Shown here one piece after another: positions 58,509 to 64,000 of a stretch of 64,000 nt of DNA. Within the stretch, counting starts at the first letter, position 1. Each line of letters opens with the position of its first letter. The position numbers were made by a program, and so were the translations under genes. The notes beneath the pieces were generated by a model. That model saw only the letters and a list, made by a program, of their open reading frames with translations. It was not told the DNA's origin and did not search any database. Source of the stretch: an uncultured delta proteobacterium (GTDB taxonomy: Bacteria > Desulfobacterota > Desulfobaccia > Desulfobaccales > 0-14-0-80-60-11); assembly GCA_963768765.1 (NCBI GenBank), contig CAVYJK010000020.1:257441-321440 (forward strand), given 5' to 3'.

Positions 58509-59402
58509 TAGACCTTCACCGACACCTTTAAGGTTTCCGCCCCGATTTCTTCCCCCAGGGCCGGCCCGTAGTAAAAATTCTCGGCGTAGCCGTTCTCGTC
58601 CGTTTTGCTGGCCAGTTTAAACAGGGCCCCCTTGGGAGGACTCCCGGTGATCTCCCAGCGTACCCAGTAGCCCGGGCAAACCTCCCCGTGCGCTCCCCTG
58701 AGTCTGGTCTTAACCACGCACCCCTGGAACCTCTGAGCCGCGGGGGTGAAGGTGGGAGCCGTAAGCGTGGCTGGCACCGGGTTCAAGAGATAGATCCTGA
58801 CCAGCTCTGTCAGATTCCACGGTGATTACGAGGTCATGAAGGCAATCATAGGCTGACCAGCGACACGGTCGAACCTTGCTTTTCCATAGGACCTTTTCCC
58901 CCTGGTAGTCCACCAGGGCCACATCTCCGGTATCGTGTTTAAAGGCCATCACCCGGCCACTCCCGGCGTAGGCCAGATTGTGGACATAAAAACCGGTGGA
59001 TACGGCGCCGGCCTGGACTCCGGTGCCCAGGTCATAAATGGTTATAGGGTTCCCAGTCTTGAGAAAAAGCCCGGCCATATCATCCAGGTGGCTGCCGGGA
59101 GCCAGTGGCACCTTCCAGTTCGGGTTTAAAATTAAATCGTTGTGAAATTGTCCGGTGATTTCGTCTGCCGCGTAACACCAGGCATTCACGGCATTCTCAA
59201 AATAGAAATGTCTCCCCAACACCCGATTTCCCAAGGCCAGAGAATAAGGCCAGGCTCCCAGGTAGGCCTCGGAGCCATCTCGAAACACCTTATGCACTTC
59301 GGAATTTATAAAGGCCACCAGAGCATCCCAGGTCTTTATGTAGGCCATAAAGCTGGGGTAATTGCTCAAGGCTTTGGTGCTCGTGTACAGAAGTTCCAGC
59401 AT
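58508..59402 (-). CDS. Phage tail protein with a C-terminal Ig-like domain; apparent frame break near 58.81 kb
   Basis: MLELLYTSTKAL... (ATG at 59402) reads to ...HDLVITV, then continues in ORF 58508-58786 (NLTELVRIYLLNPVPATLTA...TDENGYAENFYYGPALGEEIGAETLKVSVKV). Confidence 0.5.
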
Positions 59403-59668
59403 TATCTCGCCGCTCTCCGCACCCTGATCCGTTCCACCCGGCCGGCAAGGGCCGGATCGGTAGGGGATTGATAGAGGTTGACCGCCCGAGAGCTCGCGTC
59501 GGTCCGGGTGACGCTCCATTGCAGGGACCCCAGGCCGGGCCCTTCCGCCTGGGTTGCCGGGTCCAGGGCCACCAGTTCCCAGTACAGGGCCTGGTCAGGG
59601 GCGTCGCCCACGGCAGTCAAGACCGCGCCGCCCTTGATCCGGGGCTGGGACGGGACGATTATGGCCAC
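59402..59668 (-). CDS. Small phage tail protein (hypothetical)
   Basis: 88-aa ORF directly after the tape measure stop. Its TAA overlaps the next ATG (TAATG). Confidence 0.4.
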   Translation of the reverse strand: MAIIVPSQPRIKGGAVLTAVGDAPDQALYWELVALDPATQAEGPGLGSLQWSVTRTDASSRAVNLYQSPTDPALAGRVERIRVRRAAR

Positions 59669-62351
59669 TTAAAAGGCCCTCCCCAGCTGCAACCGGTCGG
59701 CGAAATAACGCTCCATGGCGCCTCGCACGGCTTCCTCGACCCCTTCCAGCGACACCTGGACATTACTGCCGCCGGCGCCGCCGCCCCGGGTGTTGCGTTC
59801 GATGTCCATCAGAATGCCGTTGGTCGAAACCAGGGCGTCCTGGAGACTGACGCCGATCTCGGCGATGGGGATGGAGGTGTCCCCGGCGATCACGCCCCGC
59901 ACCGCCTCATGGGCCGTGACGCCGCTTTGTACTCCGGAGGGTGACCAGGAGCTTTTACTCCCGCCGCTGGTGAGCATCATGCCCACCAGACCGATGACCC
60001 CCATAATGGCGCTGCCCAGGGCGCCGCCGGCCGCCCCGAAGAGTTCCTTGAAGCCGTTCATCAGGAGCTGCTGCAGTTCCTTCAGCCCGGGTTTCATCGC
60101 CTCGGTGAAGACCGCCTTGAAGAGGCCGTTCAAGGTCTTCTTCAGGTCCTGGCCACCTTGCATAATGGCGTCCACCGCGGAACTGAACCATTGGGTGATG
60201 GCGCTGGCCATGCCCGCCGCCTGCTCCGCCTGGGGCCCGGCGTTCCAGGTCTTACGGCCGTAGGCCGCTTCCATGCGGGCCAGCATCTCCGGGGAAACGC
60301 CTTCTTTAATGGCGTCCGCCTTGGCCCGTTGCCATTCCAGATAGAGTTGCTGCAGCTTGGCTTCCTGCTCTTCAATGGGCCCCCAGGCGGCGGACAATTC
60401 CAGGTCCTCCACCTTCTGCTTAAACTGCTTCTGGATCTCGAACTGCTTTTTCAGCTCCTCGGTAACCTTCTTCTCGCCTTCCAGCTTGACCTTGGCCGCC
60501 TCCGCCGCCAGTTGGGCCAGGGCCATGCGGTTCTTGCTGTCTTCCTCCTGGCGGCGGTAGCCGGCCATCTCCGGACTCATCTGTTGCCGGGCCAGGTCGG
60601 CCAGGGCGTCCTCATGGGCCTTGATCTGGGCCTGGCGTTTCTTGTCGATCAGGGCCAGGGCCGCGGCGGTTTCGCCGTCTTCCATCTCCCGCAGCCGGGC
60701 ATAATAGGTCTGGCCGTCAATCAGGCCCTCGGCCAGGTCCTTGTCCATTTCGGCCTTTTTCTTTTCATTGGTGGCCTTGAGCAGGTCGAGGGAACTTTGG
60801 GCGTCCTGGATCTCCGCCTGGCGCAGTTGCTCCCGCACTTTCAGGTATTCGCCGAACAGGTCTTCTTCGGCCCCGGCGGCGCCCTTGCCGCCGCCCTTGC
60901 CGGCCCCGGCCTTGTCGCCGAACATATCTTTCCATTTTGCCATGGCATCCTGGACCTGCTTATCCAGGTTGCCGGTGACGCTGGCCGCGGATAACTGGCT
61001 CTGGAGTTCCTGATATTGTTTTTGCTGTTCGGGAGTGAGGTCTTTGAGTTTTTCTTCAGTGGATTTATGGACGCCACTCCGGGCTTTCTCTCGGGCTTCA
61101 GCCGCCCGATCTTCGGCTGCATTAGCCGCCCGCTGCTCATCAGTTTGAACCCATTCCGCCTCCCCCATGGCCATGGAACGGGCCACGGAGGGCTTCTCCT
61201 GGGCGATCTGGGCAATCTTGTAGGCCCCCAGGGAGGCCAGGGCCACCAGTACCTGGATCAGAATCGCCAGCCACCCGCCGAACGCCGCCTTGACCACCGT
61301 GGCGCCCGTGGCCAGGGCATAGAGGGCGGGGACCGCCCCTCGTATGGCTGTGCCCAGGGCGATGATGTAACCGGATAGCTTGAAAAGGACGGCCAGCTCG
61401 ATAAAGGTCTTGAGGAGGTCACCGTTGGCCACCACCCAGGCAATCACCGCGGCAATCATGCCCCAGACCATGCGGATGAATTCCCCGATGGTCTGCCCCC
61501 ATTGCTGCAACTCAGCGCGGTTCGCAGTCAGCCAGCCCAGCAGATCGCTCCAGACCTTGATCTTCTCGCCGGTGATGGCGGTACAGCAGCGGCTGCATGA
61601 AGTCCCACAAAACCTCTTTGGCCTGCTGGGCCATGAATTTTATCTGGCTCAGTTGCCTGGTATAGGTTCCTGCGGTCGATTCCGAGACTCCTTGCACGGT
61701 TTGGGCATATTTCATGATCAAGTCGATCATGACCTGGGAGCGTTCCTGGGCCGAAAGCTTCAGGTTATCATCCAGGCTCTTACCTTCGGCCAGAACCGAA
61801 TCCTGGAATTCCTTGATGGGAATCTTGGCCTGCCTCAAGGCCCGGGGCATGCCGGTGACGATGGAATCGATCAGGAGATTGAACATCTCCTGGGGAGATT
61901 TGCCGGCCGCCACCGCCAGGTCCCGGGAGGCTTGGGCGATAGGGGCCAGTTGACGGGGGTCCAGGCCGTGGCTGATGAATTGACTGACGGCCTCATAGGC
62001 GTCGCTGGTGGCGACCTTGAATTTTTTCAGGTCATTGGCCAGCAGATCGACGTTGGAGGAGGTGTAACCGAAGTTCTGCCCCACGGCATAGGAGGCGAGC
62101 TTGACGGTTTCGAGTTTGGCCCCGACCTCCGTCACACCCTGAAGCAAGCTCTTAAATTCCATCAGCAGGGCGCCGATGCCCAGGGCCCCCACGGTAAAGG
62201 TGAGGGCTTTTTTTACCTGTGACCCGACGCCTTCCGCCATGGTCTTGAAGGAAGTGAGCTCATTGCGACCGTCCTGCAGCCCCTTTTTCAGGTCGGCTAC
62301 ATCCACCGCAATCTTGCTGAGCAGAACCCCGAGGTCTTCCTGGTCGGCCAT
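59669..62351 (-). CDS. Tail tape measure protein (~894 aa), one apparent frame break near 61.58 kb
   Basis: ORFs 61512-62351 and 59669-61510 join as ...WDFMQPLL/AITGEKIKVWSDLLGWLTANRAELQQWGQTIGEF. There are hydrophobic segments, then a long A/E/K/Q coiled-coil. Position is immediately after the G/GT chaperones. Confidence 0.8.
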
Positions 62352-62353
62352 GG

Positions 62354-63078
62354 CTATTCCTTTTGGGTCACGACCGGGGCGCCACTAAAAAAGGCCCTGG
62401 TGTTGGGGGAGAGGGAAGGTCGTCGCTCCTCCCGGGAGTCTCCCGGACCGTCAATCGCCTTTAGCCAGTTATCCAAAATCTTCCCCTTACCACCGCCAAA
62501 GGCCGCGTCCAGGGCGTTCATCACGGCTACCGACAACCCCAGGACCTTGACCTTAATCTGTTCTTTCCGGTTCTCCATGGCTGCCCGGTGCAGGTTCAGC
62601 ACCAAATCTATCGGGTAGTCATGGAGCAGGGCCTGGAGGTCGTGGCCCCGGCTGACCAGGACCTCCAGGATCCGGGTAAAACTTAAGTCGCCCTGATCAC
62701 GGCCTTGATCTGGCCCATGATCAGGGGCAAGGAGTTTTTTATTCGTTCAATATTTTGGGAAATGATGGTGAGGCCGATGGCCGCGGCCTGGCCGAAGTCC
62801 ATCTCATCCACCTCTTCTTCCGGGATGTCCAGGGTGGCCGCAATCAAAGCGGCGAAGGCCGGCAGGATGGCCCCGACGATTTCCAGGCCCCTTTCCAGCA
62901 GGACTTCCTGGGCGTTCTCGGAAGTGAGGCCCAGGTTCTTCAGGGCCGGGATTATCCCGATCAAGGCCGGATAGACCTTTTTAAAACGCCCGAAGGACCA
63001 GGGTTTGATTTTGTAAGGGCCGATCTCGACCACGGAAAGCAGGACCGCAACCTCGTCTTTGGCCTTACCAGGCGACAT
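62354..63078 (-). CDS. Tail assembly chaperones G (62683-63078) and G-T (-1 frameshift product extending to 62354)
   Basis: The 131-aa G ORF is followed by a -1 frame that stays open from upstream of the G stop to 62354. It lies between the tail tube candidate and the tape measure, as in lambda G/GT. Confidence 0.7.
62734..62740 (-). promoter_or_regulatory. Programmed -1 ribosomal frameshift slippery heptamer A_AAA_AAC
   Basis: The minus-strand sequence ATA AAA AAC is in the G zero frame (AAC at 62736-62734 is in frame with the stop at 62685-62683), 17 codons before the G stop. The -1 frame has no stop until 62354. Confidence 0.65.
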
Positions 63079-63096
63079 GATTCCTCCAGGGAGTGA

Positions 63097-63978
63097 TTAC
63101 TGCTCGTTCAGACATTCCCAATAGCCGTAAGGGGCGCCAGGATTGGTGGCGGAGGCGTCCACGACCTCCAGGATCATGGGCAACTCCATCGGCTTCTTAT
63201 CGTCAAAGGTCAGCTTGCCGTTCGGCTTCAGTTGGCACTTGGGAATGATGTAACTCCACTGGAACCCCCGAGAGGGCCGGAATTGCAGGCGAGCCGCACC
63301 CCGTTGATAGTCGGCGCTGGCCACCGGGAACCGCAGGGATTCCCAGGTCGCATAGGTATAGCTGACCTTCACCTCCTCGCCATCAGCCAGGAAGCCCGCG
63401 GCCAAACGGCCGATTCGCCCATTCAGGAGGCTGTTCGCCACCTGGCCCGGATCCACGATGTAATCAGTGTTCTGCACCGCGTTCTGCCGGGCGCAGTTGC
63501 AGGTGGCAACGATGGTCACCGCGGTGCACTTCACCCGCACCCAAAAGAGGGGATCGGAGCTGTTGACGATGGTGGTGGCCCAATCGGCCGGAATGGTCCA
63601 GTTGACCTTGCCGTCGGCATTCAGGCTATGGCCGGCCCCACCGGTCACCAGGGGCTGCCAGGCCGAACCGTCCCAGTATTCCCACGCCACCCCGGTGTAG
63701 TTGCCGTTCACCGCCAGGTCCAGGTAAAGCTCTTTGAATTTGGTGGCCTTGCCGAAATAGACGAAATCGTCGGCCCCAGCCAGGAGATCGAAGGGCGACC
63801 CGGCCAGGCTGTCGGCTTCCGCCGAAAGGTCCGTATAGGCGGCCCCGTCGTAGACCAGACACTTATTCAGGAACTGGCGCACCGTCACCGCCGAGATGCC
63901 ATATTTGCCGATGGAGACAGGCAACTGACCGTTCAGGATAAGTTTCTGATCTACCATTGCGGCACTGCCAGCCCCCAC
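63097..63978 (-). CDS. Major tail (tube) protein candidate
   Basis: 293-aa ORF immediately upstream of the chaperones. The frame stays open to the window end, so the true start (GTG 63978, ATG 63957 or further upstream) is uncertain. The call is by synteny. Confidence 0.5.
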   Translation of the reverse strand: MGAGSAAMVDQKLILNGQLPVSIGKYGISAVTVRQFLNKCLVYDGAAYTDLSAEADSLAGSPFDLLAGADDFVYFGKATKFKELYLDLAVNGNYTGVAWEYWDGSAWQPLVTGGAGHSLNADGKVNWTIPADWATTIVNSSDPLFWVRVKCTAVTIVATCNCARQNAVQNTDYIVDPGQVANSLLNGRIGRLAAGFLADGEEVKVSYTYATWESLRFPVASADYQRGAARLQFRPSRGFQWSYIIPKCQLKPNGKLTFDDKKPMELPMILEVVDASATNPGAPYGYWECLNEQ

Positions 63979-64000
63979 GATTTCAAGGGGGCCTCCCTTG

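Larger units (their letters stand above)
48460..64000 (-). mobile_element. Prophage late region (lysis cassette plus siphovirus-type tail module), continuing beyond the window end
   Basis: Tightly packed, co-oriented genes with start/stop overlaps. In transcription order they are a candidate tail tube, G/GT chaperone, tape measure, tip and fibre proteins, holin candidates, two muralytic enzymes and spanins. Confidence 0.85.

Noticed and set aside
62605-62740. Treating the G/T frame overlap as one more sequencing-type frameshift
   Set aside because: It has a canonical A_AAA_AAC heptamer in the correct zero frame and sits at the conserved position between the tail tube and tape measure genes. 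It is kept as a programmed frameshift.

Overview
A 64-kb chromosome segment from a diderm (Gram-negative-type) bacterium. It is moderately GC-rich by eye, with AT-rich patches, and falls into four blocks. (1) 1-28.8 kb is one long minus-strand Wzx/Wzy-type exopolysaccharide/capsule locus. It is headed by a NusG/RfaH-like antiterminator, then Wza-like exporter, Wzc-like BY-kinase and CapD/WbpM-like dehydratase. Downstream are three B12-binding radical SAM enzymes, about nine glycosyltransferases (GT2/GT4/GT9), methyltransferases, a nitroreductase-fold protein, Wzx, Wzy and a WecA-like priming enzyme that runs off the window start. (2) 28.9-38.4 kb is mixed. It holds an IS (rve) remnant, an OM beta-barrel protein, the cognate PHP-type tyrosine phosphatase, and an N-truncated integrase pseudogene next to a tRNA-Leu 3' fragment. 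It also holds a wHTH-nucleotidyltransferase/HEPN-like pair, DsrE-like and FMN-reductase-like proteins, a lipoprotein with an embedded cytochrome c motif, and MscS. (3) 38.4-48.6 kb is a ~10-kb accessory island bracketed by 142-bp imperfect direct repeats. It carries two divergently transcribed, defence-like modules. One is an XRE-HTH-fused ~1385-aa protein plus a PD-(D/E)xK-like protein. The other is a NERD-like protein plus an RloC/AAA_13-like ATPase with a CxxC hook plus a 124-aa protein. This island is my best candidate for an undescribed system. (4) 48.5-64 kb is the late region of a siphovirus-like prophage on the minus strand, running off the window end. It contains overlapped spanins, a holin candidate, an amidase and a lytic transglycosylase. 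It also contains LamG fibre proteins, tail-tip proteins, a ~894-aa tape measure, G/GT chaperones with an A_AAA_AAC slippery site, and a candidate major tail protein. Caveat: more than 20 single-nucleotide frame breaks interrupt otherwise well-conserved genes across all blocks. This looks more like consensus indel error than biology, so most pseudogene calls here are provisional.
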